This document shows positions 1 to 13,560 of a DNA stretch of 64,000 bases, in pieces. Source of the stretch: Lama glama (taxonomy: Eukaryota). The position numbers and the translations under genes are program-made. Under the pieces are notes generated by a model. It had not been told where the DNA came from and did no database searches. It was given only the letters and a program-made list of their open reading frames with translations. Position 1 is the first letter of the stretch; each line of letters opens with the position of its first letter. The DNA lies in assembly GCA_028534125.1 (NCBI GenBank), contig CM052824.1:14694001-14758000 (forward strand), written 5' to 3'.

Positions 1-202
1 CATAAATAGAATAATAATGAAAAAGTTTGAAATATTGCAAGAATTACCAAAATGTGACCCAGCGACAAGAAGTGAGCAAATACTGTAGGAAAAAACGGTG
101 CCAATAGACTTGCTCAGTGCAGGGTTGCCACAAGTCTTCCATTTGTAAAAAAAAAACAACTCAGTACCACAAAGTGAAGCACAATAAAATGAGGTCTGCC
201 TG
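1..202 (-). mobile_element. Tigger1 (TcMar) DNA transposon, 5' terminal part
   Basis: Reverse complement matches the recalled Tigger1 start (CAGGCAtACCTC.TTTTATTG...GTGGCAACCCTGC...CACATTTTGGTAATTCT.GCAATATTTCAAACTTTTTCATTATTATT). The end is followed by a TA target dinucleotide at 203-204. Confidence 0.85.
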
Positions 203-499
203 TATATGGACACATAGATATGAAAGCAAAATAATATGACAGCATGTTCTGAAGACTGTTACTGTTACAGAAAAGAAGCAGTATAAGTCATAGTAAAATT
301 AAGTTACTTGACAAAACCAGCATATCCTGGCCGAAAAGACTCTTGAAGCTATGGAACTGGTGGTAGAGTTATCCTTTACGGTAGAATTAACTACAACCAC
401 GTATCACACACATACATGCCAGGAAGAAAACCTAACGAATGTGATTCTAGTAGAGACATGAAAGCAAAACTAAAACTGAAAGATAGCAATCTAGTGCCA

Positions 500-760
500 G
501 TTGTTATTGTTGGAGGCTGTTTGGCACTGTGACTGAGATTAGAGGTATGAACATCAAATCTGGGTTCTAACCCAGATCTGCCATTTCGGACCATGAGAAC
601 TCAGCCAGCCACAACTCTGAGCTTCAGTTGTCTCCTCTGTAAAGTGGGGACAATAACATCTCCTTCGTGGAGTTATCATCAAGGTTTAATGACACAATAG
701 GAGTGTTTAAAACAATTTCTGACACGTGTTCAATGCTCAGTAAGTAAGAGTGTTACTATG
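500..760. mobile_element. MIR SINE remnant
   Basis: Core MIR motif (ctctgagcttcagttgtctcctctgtaaagtggggacaataac) with typical flanks. Confidence 0.65.
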
Positions 761-3104
761 ATCACCATGATTTTCATCATCATCATCATATCATATTGGT
801 AATTTGATGAGCACACTTTAATGGTCAACTCATGGAACTGGAGATCTACCGTGACCGTGATGGTTCAGGAAGTATTTTTTCTATATACTTGCCATGGCCT
901 CCTTTTCTCTCCTCAAACAATAGCTCATTGTGAAGTTCCTGGCCAACTGGATTAATCTGTTGATAATATGTTATAACATGATAACAGTTCATGCCAAGTG
1001 TACTAGAAATATAAACAATATTAAGGCCTATTCCAGAGGAAGAATACTGTGTCCTTGTGGTCATGGGGCATCGAGGTCTTGATCAACAGTTAAAATAAAA
1101 AAGACTCTGAGAAAGTTTTGAGAGTGGGAGAGGTACCTCTCCTACACAGCAAAGGGGAAAGAAGTTGGGTAGACATGTGGGTGAATCTGACTCCATCCCA
1201 TTACACCTGCCTATCAGAACTCCTCTGAGAATTAAATAGTATAATCACTGCTAATTTGCTTCATGGAGCACCTGGCATGAAGTAGATACAAAAAAAAAAA
1301 AATGTGATCTCCTTTTTCCTTCCCCAAACTCTCGAGTGCTCTAGAGTCTCAGTGGAAAGGAAACTAAACAAAAAAAAAAAAACCCAAAAAAACCCAAAAA
1401 AACCTTTCTGAGGATAAGGGGCATCTGGGTGGGAGTGGAAGAGTGTTGTCTGAAGCTCAGAGGTCTTCCTGTTTTCACAAAGGCATGAATTAAGGAAGCA
1501 ACAAATAATGGAGCAGCAAGGAAGAATTGCTGTGTGCCCTTTCTTTGATTTTTTTTTTTTACTTCCATTCCTTGTCTTCCTAGTGTACCTTCTTCCTAAG
1601 GCTGCATTGTAGCCTAAATGCTTTTAGAACAAAATGTCCAGGTCACCTGACCATATGAACTAAGAACTGAGTTTTGGAAGCTATGATAAAGATACCACAT
1701 AGGCATGAATTCTTAGTGATTATGCATTTTTGAAGGATTAATAAATTCTATGAAGCTTCAATATTCCTTTCAACTCACAGTTATTGAGTATCACTTAAGT
1801 ATTAGGAACCATAGTAGATTCCAAGAATCGGGCATCACGCTGTTCAAGTGGTTTGCAGTCCAACTCCTTTCCTGTCACCCTCAACCCTTCAAGGGTGACT
1901 GCAAAGGAGAATATTTACACAAAAACAAAACCCTTCCACACTGATCTTCGACCATTGTCAGCCTTCATAAAGATGGGAAGTCAAAGCGAGGAAACACCAG
2001 AAAGCTACAAAGACAAAACAAATAGACACGTAGGGAAGAGTGACATGGTTAGTCAACGTGGTGCAAAGTTTTCTCTTAATCTCCATATTGTCATCAATTT
2101 TTTTTGATCATTTCTAGGCAGTATCTGAAAAAATCTGCTTTTTGTCTTTTCACGTATTATCACTAAATCAGAAATGCCACTTACTTCCATTTTCTTTTTT
2201 GTATATAAAATAAGACTTAGAGTGTTTCTCTTGAGTGTCTTGAGATATATACACTTTCTTATGTGCTATGCTCTAATCCCACACGTAGACTCCACTGGAT
2301 TTTCTTCCATTCCAATTTCCTTTGCCCTATAGTGCATGATTATTTTAAATTAATTCCTTGCTATGTTGGTTGCATTATCCTATGCTACTTTAAATCCCTT
2401 GGGAATCAAGGAAAACTAAATAGAAATGTATGCCCTTGGCTACTATACTAAATTTGTTGATGGTAACCTCCCTTCATGGATTCTTTTAGAAGTATGGCTT
2501 CTTGTAAGATTTTTTTTTAACCAGTCACAGTTAAAAGACAACAATTGCACTAAAAATTGCTAACTTTATAGGATTTTAATTTATTTTCTTAATAAGAATA
2601 ATAGGTCAGGGAATTTACTTTTTCTAACAGTCTGAATTTCAGAGCCCTTTTCAACTAGTTACAAATGAAATTCCTATTAGGAAATAATGTATAAAAACAT
2701 ATTAATATATTTATATTTTAAAACATTCTGATCGGTTTCTTCCAATCATTTCTGCACTGTATGATTTGTAACCAGCAAGATGGTTAAAGGTTCACAAAGT
2801 CCCCTGGAAGTCTTTCTTTTGGGATAAGTCCAGCTCATAGCATGAAATATTATAGCTGCATAAATTATTAATACCACTTTAATCCTCCGTTTGAAACTAC
2901 GGTGTGAACCCGACTGCTTTCCTGTGTAAACCACACCATGGGAGCATGTTAAGCACCTCTGGATGCTGCTCTAATTCTTTCAGCACTTAGCACAGTGCCT
3001 CTGAGCACGATGGGCTCGGTTAGATACGTTTTATTCACTGGGTTCAGATCACTCGAATGCATTTAATGCACTAAATCATTCATAGGTGAAGTGGGGCTCG
3101 TAGT

Positions 3105-4450
3105 CAGTTCAATTCGACAAGCATTTATGGAACACCTATTATGTAACCCGATCATGTCACTCCCTTACTTAAAATCTTTCCCTTATTCCCTCTGGTTCTC
3201 AGGATAAAATTCAACCTCCTCCATACAGCATATGAGGCCTCACATACTCTATCAACAGCGGCAGGTATGTGGCATGCAGGCCCCTACTCCCCTCCTCTGC
3301 TCCCAAAACATACAGAGCTAATGGATCGCATCACTTTTTCCCACAGAGACTGGATGTGGTTTCAGAATCCTTCTCCATACGAAGTTCTAGGGAACCACCA
3401 CCAACAGACCAGAGTTGAAATCTATTTGCCAGCCCTGCCAGACTATCTCTCTAGTCTCCCCCAGATCCACCAAGCACCGTTTGCTTCAGCCACAGCACAT
3501 GCCACGTAGTTCCCTAAACACGCAACACTTCTACACTGTGTGCCTTTGCATCTGCTGTTCCCTCTCCCTAAAATAATCTTCTCCTTTTCCGTGTGGCGCT
3601 CACTCCTACCCACTCTGCACGATCCAGATCACGCTCGCCTCCCCAGGCTGATGTGGATGCCTCTTTTTTGTGTTCTTGAAGTACCTTGCACCTGGGACGT
3701 TATCATGTCAGACCATGCTTGCTAATTGCTTGTCTCTCTCCCTGACTAAAATTAAATTCTTTGAAAGCAGAGGTCATGTTTGATTTCACTTTGTGTCTCA
3801 GGCAGCTGGCACAGAGCCTGCACACTAGCTGTTCAATAAACGTACAAGAACAAATGTTCTAGTCACTGCACTAGGCTTCAGGGACACCAAAGAGAATAAT
3901 GTGTAAGAGCAGGAAACGTTTACTGAGTGTTCCTATATGCCAGGTCCTCTTCCAAGCACTTTATGTGGATTATCTTATTCACACCCACCAGCAACAACCC
4001 TTCCAGGGGGGTTCTGTGATTAGCCCTCCTTTTGTTAATTGAGGAAACGAAGACACACAGAGAAGCCAGTGACTCCTCCAAGGTGATGCGCAGCCAGAAG
4101 GTCTGGTTCCCGAGTTCCTAACCGTTCTGTTCCACTGCCTGGGCTCTGCGTGGACCCTGTCTTCACAGAGTTCAAAGGCTGGTAGAGGGAGACAGGCAGG
4201 TACATGAGGAACCACTATATAGCATGGGAGGATTATAACAGATGTTTGTGCACAGGGAGGGAGGGAGGGGGTGGACCACAGAAGAGGGGGTGATTAATGT
4301 GGTTGGGGTAGAGGGACAGGTGTTCAGGGAAGGTTTCACTAAAGAAGTGGTATTCAAATTAGGTTTGAAAGACTAAGAAGAGCGCATGAGACGGAGATGA
4401 AGGGAGGGGTGCTCTCGGCAGGAGGAAGACGACGTGCAGCACGCACCACC
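3105..4450. mobile_element. L2 and MIR fragments
   Basis: L2 3'-type motifs (ttcaattcgacaagcatttatggaacacctatt; gcacagagcctgcacac...tcaataaa) and a MIR (tttactgagtgttcctatatgccagg...gaggaaacgaagacacagagaag). Boundaries approximate. Confidence 0.55.
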
Positions 4451-4484
4451 GGGGGGAGGGGAAGCAACGTGACTTTTGGGCACC

Positions 4485-4643
4485 GAGACCAGCTATATAA
4501 TTTGTGAAGCCCAGGACAAAATGGAAATGCAGAACCCCTTGCTCACAAATGATTAAGAATTTCAAAACAGGGATAGAAGAGCATTAAATCACACCGCCCT
4601 TGTAAGTGCAGGGCACAGTTCGCATGTCCGTGAAGCCAGACTG
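4485..4643 (-). mobile_element. MER45A-like hAT-Tip100 MITE
   Basis: Reverse complement resembles the recalled MER45A consensus (ggcttca.gg.c.tgcga.ctgtgc...ggtttaatgctct...ttgaaattcttaat...ctgggc..c.caaattat.tagc.gg). Confidence 0.7.
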
Positions 4644-5898
4644 CCGGGCACCATAAATGCTTCAGCATTGCTGGAACAAGAAGTACCTGGGGCAGAAGCA
4701 CTTTATGAGGCAGGAAATGACACTGCTGAGGTCAGCAGAGGTCAGATCATTTGCCCTGCTAAGCAGCCTGGACTTTGCCCCGTCGTTAACAAGAGGCCAG
4801 AGGAGGCTGCTCAGCGGGAGCAGGGAAACCTGATGGGAGTCATTTGCGAAAAGATACTTCCGGCCCTCTTGATGGGTGTGGATGGAGGATGAGAGGAAAG
4901 CACAGCAGCAGTAGCAATTAAATGGGACCAGAGAGGCGCAAGTCTTGAACTTGGCCTTTCCAGGGGGTGTCTGAGAAAGGTGGATCTGAGAGATGAGTAG
5001 GAGGCACAGCTGGCAGGAGTTAACACTCCAGGTGCACAAGGAGCCTGCAAGGAAAGAGAAATGGACCAAAGGCTCAACCAAGGATGTGGGGCTCAAGAGA
5101 ACACGTCACTGTTTTGCTTAGGTCTACCAGACCCACTGAAAGCTGTGCATGAGATGGTTATTTAGCATCATTTATAGCAGGGACAGCCCCAACCCTTGTA
5201 CAAACTATAAGAAATGAAGTCCTTGTGCCGATTTCCATTTCTGCAACTCCCACAAGCAATAGAGGCACATGAAGAGTCTATTTATTTGCTTCCTGATCTC
5301 CTTCCAAAGAACCATGGCTTTTTGGGTCACTCAAGTGTTTCCCATGAAACAGAAAAAGAAATGATCCTGAAACCCATCTAATGTGATTTCTCAACTGCCA
5401 AACTGTTCCCAAAAAGCTTCATGAGTTCTCTTTGGTTTTCTGGTACTGCTTGAATGTGATCTCCAATATAATAAGGATAAAATTAAATTAACACGTTGGT
5501 GTTTGGAAATAGAAGTTCAATGTAAATACAGTAATGTCAATTTAATTTACGTGAAGACAGGAAACACCCATTTCCTGGGAGGATGACAGTGATTCACAGA
5601 ACTTCTGTGTTCACACTGCTTCTCCTTAATCCTCTAATGGTATTTTCTTCTATTCAGTTTTTCAAGGTTTTCAACCCATTTGTAGAAATTATCCTACTCA
5701 TGCTAACTTCCCTTTCACCTATTTGCTGATAAAACTTAGGGAACCAGAATATCAACAGGCACAGTCTTAAAGAGTGAACCCATGGATCTGCTCATAATCA
5801 ACTTTGTTAAATAACACTTTTTGAAAATGGGAACACTGCAGATTGTAATTGGCTTTATTCTCTAGTTCCAAGGCTGTCACTTAAAAAAAAAAATTAAG

Positions 5899-6003
5899 CT
5901 GGAGGTATAGCTCAGTGGTAGAGCATATGCTTAGCATGCATTAGGTCCTGGGTTCAATCCCCAGCACCTCCATTAAAAAATAAATAAATAAACAAACTTA
6001 ATT
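5899..6003 (+). mobile_element. tRNA-derived SINE (camelid Vic-1-like)
   Basis: A box TAGCTCAGTGG, B box GGTTCAATCC, A-rich tail. Eight related copies occur in the window. Confidence 0.85.
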
Positions 6004-6009
6004 TTAGAA

Positions 6010-6116
6010 GAATTGAAATATAGTTGATTTACAATGTTTTGTTAGTCTCTAGTATACAGCATAGTGATTCAGTTTATGCATATATATATATTCTTTTTCA
6101 TTATAGGTTATTACAA
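6010..6116 (-). mobile_element. L1 3' end fragment
   Basis: attgaaatatagttgatttacaatg...gtatacagcatagtgattcag...cattataggttattacaa is the antisense L1 3' UTR motif also seen at 17880 and 34620. Confidence 0.75.
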
Positions 6117-8179
6117 AAATTTCTTTAATGATCTAAGCACTCCTAAAGAGGACAGCAGTCATCTAACAATATGACACCAGTTGGGTAGCTTGGTGTAGCC
6201 AAAGGGTCATGGGCATTCATGGGACAAGGGTTGGTACAGGTATGATCTTGGTCAGGTTATCTAATCTCCCTGATCCTGGGTGTAAAGTGGGGTTTCTATC
6301 TGCATTGCAAGTTTAATAGGGGACTGAGTGAGCTCGCAAAGGCGTAAATCAGTTGTCCCAAAGCAGACCTTCAATAAAGTGAGGTTCCTGAGTAGCCTGT
6401 GCTTGTGTCTTATAGAGAAAATTAAGTGATATTTGATACCTCTATACTCTCTACCCAGTTTTAATTGGTTGGTTCTGAGAGTACCTGAGTAGGTTTCTTC
6501 CCTTTGGGTGTAACCAGGTGGGAAGATGCTTATGGATCCCAGCTTCAGAACCCCAGCAAGTCACAGAGGCTGGAATCTGCTCTGCCAGGGTCAGAACTTG
6601 AGACAACCCACAACTGGCGTGGGAAAACTCAGAATCTTTATCTTCCAAACAGCCTTTCTTTCTGTCCCAGGAACTGCTTTTTAGCCTTCACATTCAGTTC
6701 TTATTAGCAGTTTCCCCAGAAGTCTCCCCCACCTCTCTGAACTCTCTGCTCTGTCAGATCCCCTGTGGTCAACTCTCATAGCAACCTGTAACTGTTTCTT
6801 CGTAGAACTTAGCACAATCATAACTGAGCAATCAATTCTGTAATTAGTTGATTCAAGTGTATTTCCTCCAAAGCATGTGAATTCCTCTGGAACTCCATCT
6901 TGTTCATCACTTGTGGGCCTGTTCCCGGGGTATGCTCTTGCACATAGTAGGTGCTTAACAACTTCATATGACTGAATGACTGGGTGCTGGGTCCTTGTTA
7001 ACTGATAAACACATGTAGTAGTCATAGTTATACATGATACAGGTTAGCTTGCTTGATTCATATATGTACACTTTGTAGAGGACTAGTCTTCATACCCAAG
7101 GATGTTTGTGATTGGTAGTCAGTACACTACATGTAGTGAATTGCTTTTCTCATGGCTACGGTTAGGGTTAGGGGATGGATTTGTGCATATCCAGCTATAC
7201 TCTCTTGCTTAATAATTGTAGTTTCTGCCATTGGACAAGTTGGGTGAGACAAATGACTATCTCTCAAGGATGGCATGGCCTCATAGAGTGGACAAGTGAG
7301 GAGCAGAACAGAAATGAGAGAGACACCTTCCAAATCCACTGTGGAGGTAACTTTAAACTCACCTATAGAAGCTGAGTACACCTGAGAGTGTCTTTTGGTG
7401 GGTTCTCAGCAATGGAGCCAATGACTGGGTGGTGAAGGAAAGCAATTAACATTGAGAAATTACCATGGAGGAGACATTGAATCCACTGGCATTGATATTA
7501 TTCCCCAACTAGAGTTGAAGAAACTGAGGTTCAGAGATTTTAAGAAAACTTTCCAAAGACAGAGCTAGGATCCAAAATAAAGACAACTGATAGACAGAGA
7601 GTGCAAAGAAAATACTGGAAAAGGGGCAAGGAAGAAAATAACAGGGGGAAACAGAGAGTAATAGGATGAGGACCTGGTCTACAGAAGCTAAGGACAGCCT
7701 CATTTTTCTAAGACATTTTAATTGTAATAACCAGCTCTGTGACCCATTTGCTCTCCCTAATATCCATCCCATTATTCTTAAAAGGCAAAAACTCAAGGTA
7801 TGTGGACTAGGAGGTGGGAAAAAGACAACCCCACCTTAGAGCTAGAATTATCAGTAATCACCTTAGTCAGGATGAGTTATCAGATACCTGACAAGGATGT
7901 GAGGATGGGTGAAAGAAAAGGAGGAGTGTGGGCAAGATCAAGAAAAAAATGCCCAAGAGAACAGGTTGTGGGCATAAAAATCCTTCCACCATCACCATTT
8001 TGCCCTATACTAGCCATTCCAAATCACCACTTTTGCACCTTAGGTATGCAGTGGACATGTTACAGATACATGGTCTGAGCTCTGCCCAACAGAGGTCTGA
8101 CCTCACAATGGTCAGTCCATGAGCTTGACTTCTTCTGTATAATAATCTGAGAGAAAAACATTAAATGGTTCCATCATCA

Positions 8180-9010
8180 CCCAACTAACTCATGCCAGGA
8201 CCTAGAGTCACTCTTAACACCTCTACTCATATATTCATCAGAGCCAATCATTTGTTAAGGCCCAGTTCTCTCTCTGAATATGTCTTAACTCCATTTCTTT
8301 TCACTCCCTCTGCAGCCACCCTCTCCAAGACCCTGAAATCCCTCTTACACTGTTACAGCAGCCTCTTGACTGGTCTTCCTATGTCTTCTCTTGCCTTTGT
8401 CCAAGCTGTTCTCCCTGCCCAAGATCCAGAATAACATTTTGAAACATATAATTAAAATTAAAATTAAAATTAAAATCCTTCAATGGCTCCCTATTGTTTG
8501 GGGGATAAAATCCCCAAATCCATCTGACAACCAGCAAGGTCCCATCTGCCTCGACTGGTCCTTGGCTAACTCGGATGTCCTACCTCCTGCTTCCTCACCC
8601 CTCGCTGATCTGGCCTTCTCTCAGTTCTTCAGGCTCACCAAGCTCCTTCCTTTTCAACCTCCCACTTTTTCCATTTAATTAACATTTTTCCTGTTAATAT
8701 CCATCTTCCTGACAAGACACATTGAAAGCTGCATGAGGTTAGGGGCCCTGTCTACCATTCTCAAGGGCCATGGTCTACCATTCTATGTCCAGAGTCCAGC
8801 ACAATCCATGGTGTATAGTAAGAGGTCAATAAATACTTGTTGGAAGAGTAAACAAGTATTTGTTGACTGAGTAAATAAATAATAGTATCCACTTATTCAG
8901 TCCACAAATATTCATTGAGTCAGAACCTCTGGCAGTTAGTGTGTAAGGCAGTGAGGATACAGTGAACAAAATAACAGTCCCTGAGCCTTTAGAGCTTATA
9001 GTCCAATAGA
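8180..9010. mobile_element. L2 fragments
   Basis: Typical L2 motifs (agcctcttgactggtcttcct; aaaatccttcaatggctccctattg; tcaataaatacttgttg; ccctgagcctttagagcttatagtc). Confidence 0.55.
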
Positions 9011-9309
9011 CTTTCTCCCTTTTTCTACTGAAATGAAATAACGGATCTAAGATCTTATAAAATCTTATATGATAATCTTGCTCTTCTTTGAGTTTTCCTG
9101 AGCTACATGATTTAGCTCTTAAATTCTCTCTCCTAAGCTCTTGCTCTGTTATTTTTCTCACCTCCTCATGGACAAGGTAAGATACTTGAAGGCAGGGAAC
9201 TGTTTCAAGTTTTTTTTTTTTTTTTGGTCCTATCTCAGTTTCCCGAGAAATTTCTTTAAAAACAAAACAAAAACAACTGTGCTGTGTATTTTAATTAACA
9301 AGTGATAGG

Positions 9310-9540
9310 CACACCTGTATGTTAGAAATCAGAACAGTGGTTGTTTGGGATGTGGGCATTGACTGGAAAGGGGTTAGAGAGCAGCTTTCTGGGGCAATGG
9401 CAAGGTTATACATCCTCATTGGTTTATATCATTATTGAGATTATATTTCAGTTGGGTTGTGTGAGTGTATACATTTGCCAAAATGCATCAAATCGTATGA
9501 TCCATGTCTTTCACTGAAGATAAATCTACTTCTATTAAAA
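9310..9540 (+). mobile_element. Old L1 (L1ME-like) 3' end
   Basis: ttagaaatcagaacagtggttg...ttgactggaaagggg...ttctgggg...gtgtatacatttgccaaaatgcatcaa motif. Confidence 0.6.
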
Positions 9541-9756
9541 ATACTTTTTTCTCCTTTTAAAAATACTTTTTAAAAGTAACATATACTTATTATATGAAAC
9601 ACTATCAAATAAAAGTACGCAAAAATAAGAAAATCAAAATGACCTGTAATCCCATCACTCAAAGAGGAACGTTGTTTACATTGTCATGTTTGTCCTCCCA
9701 AATTATTTTATTTTTTACACACAAACACACAATATGGATTCATACAGAATGTAGTG

Positions 9757-9889
9757 GCGGGGAGGGTATAGCTCAAGCAGTAGAGTGCGTATTTAGCAAG
9801 CACAAGATCCTGGGTTCAATCCCTGGTAACTTCTCTAAAATTAAATACACCTAATTACCTTTCCTAGCACCCCCCCCCCCCAAAAAAAG
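9757..9889 (+). mobile_element. tRNA-derived SINE (Vic-1-like, long-tail form) with target-site duplication
   Basis: A/B boxes, cctaattacc tail, C-run then A-run. TSD agaatgtagtg (9746-9756) / agactgtagtg (9890-9900). Confidence 0.85.
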
Positions 9890-11519
9890 AGACTGTAGTG
9901 CCTTCTAATTTTTTTTGATAATCAGTACACTGAGAACATACATTAAAGTTTCTTTATAATTACTTCTTACAGTATTAATTTGCTAAGCTAAGTAAAAATC
10001 AGGATCCTAAATTTGTTTCCAAAACTTTTAAAGCCTATGATATTCCATCATCATCACCAACAATAATACTGGCTGAATGTGAAATGCCATCCCTAGAGTG
10101 GTTTCTTGACCAAGAATGATCTTCAGACTGCGGTGCTAAGATTGCTAAATCTTGACTACCAGATGATCACTAACAGTAAATCTTTAAGCTGTTTCCAGAT
10201 TTACGATCAGCTTTAACTGAGAACAGTCTAGTGACTAAGTACATTAAACATCACCTCCAAATCAATTCTTCTGTCCTCCTCAGATTATTAAGCTGTTACA
10301 AGATCCAATTTATGGCATGTTACCCTTATATTTATTGTTTAATTTGTGTAGATTCTAATCCAGTACAGGGACCCCTATAATTGTATGGCTAGACTGCTGT
10401 GATCTACAGCTCCATAAAATTTACCACAGCATGAGATCACACACGCAAATCTCACATTTATATCAGACATTCAAACCACATCAAACTTAAGGCACAATAT
10501 TTGAAGTCAACAAAACCACAGCCCACCTCTAACACTTCCTAAAAATCTATTGCTAAATCTAGTTCACCAAGAAGACATCTGGGTAAATATTCTAGCGTGT
10601 CCTTTGTTAGTTTCCTGATGGTGGTACACAGACTCAGACAGAAGAATTATTTGAAACTACCCAGAAAATTAGAAAAGTACGGACTAGAAGCAAAGATCTG
10701 TGAGAAAGAGAAATGTCTTTAGCTTTACACTTCTGGCAAGCGATAAAAGGCAGCTTTAGTGACAGCAGCCAGATGGAGATCAAATGACAACTGTGAGTTC
10801 ATAATGGTCTCCAGCATTCTGGCAAGCACAGGGGCAGTAGGGGAAGTGGGAGGGATCAGCTTTACTGGTACTACAAGCCAATCTGGTGCACATCAGCGTT
10901 ATCTGACGTCAGCTAAAACCAGTTCTGAGGCACTACATCGGGACCAGCTGCTAGATACTGAAAGCACCCTGACCTGGCTCTGTGTGCTCCCCCAGCTCTC
11001 GCTCATAACATTTACAGAACGCGACCAGTTAATTTATGTTCCCTACAGCAGGGAGGACCCAGATGTTGAGGCTGTAGTTGCTGATTTGAAAGGAGTTCAC
11101 AAATACAGGAAGCTCTCAGAGGATAAAAGAAACATTAAGGGTATTCTACAGTTTGGGAAACGCATTGTTCTGTATTAAAACACACCACACACACACACAC
11201 TCACACACGAGAAAGGTTTCAAGAACATCAAGCCCTGTTCCTTAGTATGCAGAACTACATCATTCAGGCTATCAAAACTGCACAAAGATCTAAAGTGCAC
11301 AAATAGGGGAAGTTTGCTTCATCTGTATTTAGAGAAGGGAACACGTATACTGGATTCATCTGTGGCTGTATGAAAATTCAGGGGGATTTTTCACAAAATT
11401 AGGTGAAGACAGGGAAGCCCAGTACTTCTATCACCAGCAAGGATGCCCCAAATGTTAGAGAAAATGAAAATAAAATATTTTATTTAGATGAAAGAATTGG
11501 AAAATGGGTGTCATACAAT

Positions 11520-12065
11520 TAACACTCATGGCATTCTATGTGCCATGCTCTGTAAGTGTGTACTTATATTATCTCACTTCATCATAACAAACTGATGAGA
11601 TAGGTACTATTATTACTTAGGAAAGAGATAAGAGAGGTTAAGTGATTTGCCCAAGCCTGCCTCGAGAGTCTGCACTCTAAGTACTATGCTGTGGGGCTGC
11701 GTGAACTCCAGCTGTCCTAGAGGACGATCATCTGCGGTGAAGGTGAGATCTGGAGTCAAATGTGCATCTGCATCCTGGCTTTGCCACTTAGCTATGGGTC
11801 CTTTGTGCTGGTAACTAGCTTAACCTCTCCAATAGGCCACCACTTCTTCAGCAATAACATGAATCTTAATTTTTTTTTTAAGTGGAGGTACTGGGGATTG
11901 AGGACCTTGTGCATACTAAGCATGTACACTACCACGGACCTATACCCTCCCCCCTCAAGCAATAGCATGAAGATTATAGTATCCACCTCAAAGATGGTCG
12001 TGGGAGTCAAGTGACGTCATATAAATAAAAAGTTCCAAGCATATGATAAGCATTTAACAAATTAG
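11520..12065. mobile_element. MIR fragments, one interrupted by a SINE
   Basis: agagaggttaagtgatttgcccaag and catcctggctttgccacttagct...cttaacctctc motifs. Confidence 0.55.
11866..11955 (-). mobile_element. tRNA-derived SINE (Vic-1-like) with TSD
   Basis: Reverse complement of the SINE with a small B-box deletion. TSD agcaataacatgaa (11850-11863) / agcaatagcatgaa (11958-11971). Confidence 0.8.
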
Positions 12066-12199
12066 CTGCTTTTATTATTAAATCACAAGTCTAGTTAGAA
12101 ATCTTCTGAAACATCCCAGAAGCCAACTTCTGCTGCATACAGATTTTAGGAGAAATACTAAAGGGTTATATGTGGGTTGAAAATTTGATATCACGGTTT

Positions 12200-12337
12200 C
12201 TTTTTCTTTTTTCCCCCAGTGAGGGGAGGTAATTAAGTTTATTTGTTTATTTATTTTTAGAGGAGGTAGTGGGGAAGGAACCCAGGACCTTGTGCACACT
12301 AAGAATGTACTCTACTGCTTGAACTACACCCTCCCCG
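12200..12337 (-). mobile_element. tRNA-derived SINE (Vic-1-like, long-tail form)
   Basis: ggggaggtaattaagtttatttg...gaacccaggaccttgtgc...ctctactgcttgaactacaccctcccc. Confidence 0.8.
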
Positions 12338-12630
12338 CTGACATCTCAGATTCTTGAAAATTCTTGCTAGTAAGTGTTTTAGGTTAAAAGGACTTTCATT
12401 AGTTAAAAAAAAAAACCAACTCTGAAAGGAGTGAAGGGATATTTATCCATGTCATGGATGATGAGAAGTCACTTGAGAAAAAGTTAGTTGCAGAGTACTG
12501 ACAAAAGCCTGCGTTGGAAGGCTCCTCACAGCTAGACCCAAAGACATCAGGATTTACACTGTGGCTGGATTTGAGACGCATATAGCTTCAAGATCACAGA
12601 TGGACTTGTTTTGATAGTTTATGTAAAAGA

Positions 12631-12778
12631 NNNNNNNNNNNNNNNNNNNNNNNNNNNNNNNNNNNNNNNNNNNNNNNNNNNNNNNNNNNNNNNNNNNNNN
12701 NNNNNNNNNNNNNNNNNNNNNNNNNNNNNNNNNNNNNNNNNNNNNNNNNNNNNNNNNNNNNNNNNNNNNNNNNNNNNN
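12631..12778. other. Assembly gap (148 N)
   Basis: Run of N. Confidence 1.
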
Positions 12779-13335
12779 CTTCTCAGACGGGAGAGTTCCC
12801 ACTAACTCCCAGGTGCGACCTGTTTATTAAGACACAGTGCCAAATCATACTCCATAGCATTTGGTAACTAGGCAATATGTTAAGGTTAATAAGGCAAGCT
12901 GTAACATAATCTCTACTAACCTGCTGAAATGGATTGAGATTTTTAAAAAATTGATACCAGAGAAGAGGAATAGGAATATGTTTTTAATTCTGTAGACAGA
13001 TTATCTGGTGATTAAACTTTTTAGGCTCAGAAAAATAACTTTTTTGTGGTAAAATAAGATAGTAAAAGTTTTGTGATGGCTGCTGAAAAGTATAGAATAA
13101 TTATTAGAATAACAAAATTATTTAGCAAAAAAAAAAAGGTAGAGCTAGAAATGTCTTACAGGACAAGCTTTTCAGTTTCCAGTTGTGACCAATGTGTGTC
13201 TCAAACCCTGCAGCCCCCGTCCCTCAGCCCTACCCCTACACCCACCTGGCCACTTCAGCCAGGACACTTTTGCTTTTATTTATCTATATGTGGGATTATG
13301 CCTACTATTTCTTTTGGGGAAAGAGAGTTCTCTTC

Positions 13336-13397
<62 letters not shown>
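13336..13397. repeat. Compound (TA)n(TG)n(TA)n microsatellite
   Basis: Seen directly. Confidence 0.95.
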
Positions 13398-13401
<4 letters not shown>

Positions 13402-13416
13402 CAAGTGTACACATAT

Positions 13417-13555
13417 ATTGCCATGAATAGTGACAGCTGAAGGAAATTTCCGTAGAGTAAGAATTTACTGCATACACAACAAGATGGCATTAAATACTGC
13501 AGACACAACAAGATGGCATTAAGGTACTATATGAGGTTTTGATGCTACATAACAA
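13417..13555 (+). repeat. Dispersed duplicate of 16729-16839 with an internal 28-bp tandem duplication
   Basis: Near-identical sequence attgccatgaatagtgacagctgaaggaaatttcc...tttgatgctacataacaa at both loci. Confidence 0.95.
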
Positions 13556-13560
13556 GTGTG

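Noticed and set aside
5899-5975. tRNA-like sequences here and at the seven other copies
   Set aside because: A-rich tails, TSDs and copy-to-copy divergence show they are SINEs, not tRNA genes.
10759-11178. 139-aa ORF as a novel gene or pseudogene
   Set aside because: GTG start, no recognisable protein family, no splice structure or poly(A)/TSD; length is attainable by chance.
12012-12019. Second perfect CRE TGACGTCA
   Set aside because: Isolated, inside a decayed MIR; one or two 8-mers are expected by chance in 64 kb.
12557-13215. Weak inverted similarity between about 12560-12582 and 13192-13214 (CVSNPA peptides in the ORF track)
   Set aside because: Only about 20 bp with several mismatches and a gap in between; cannot be distinguished from chance or decayed transposon ends.
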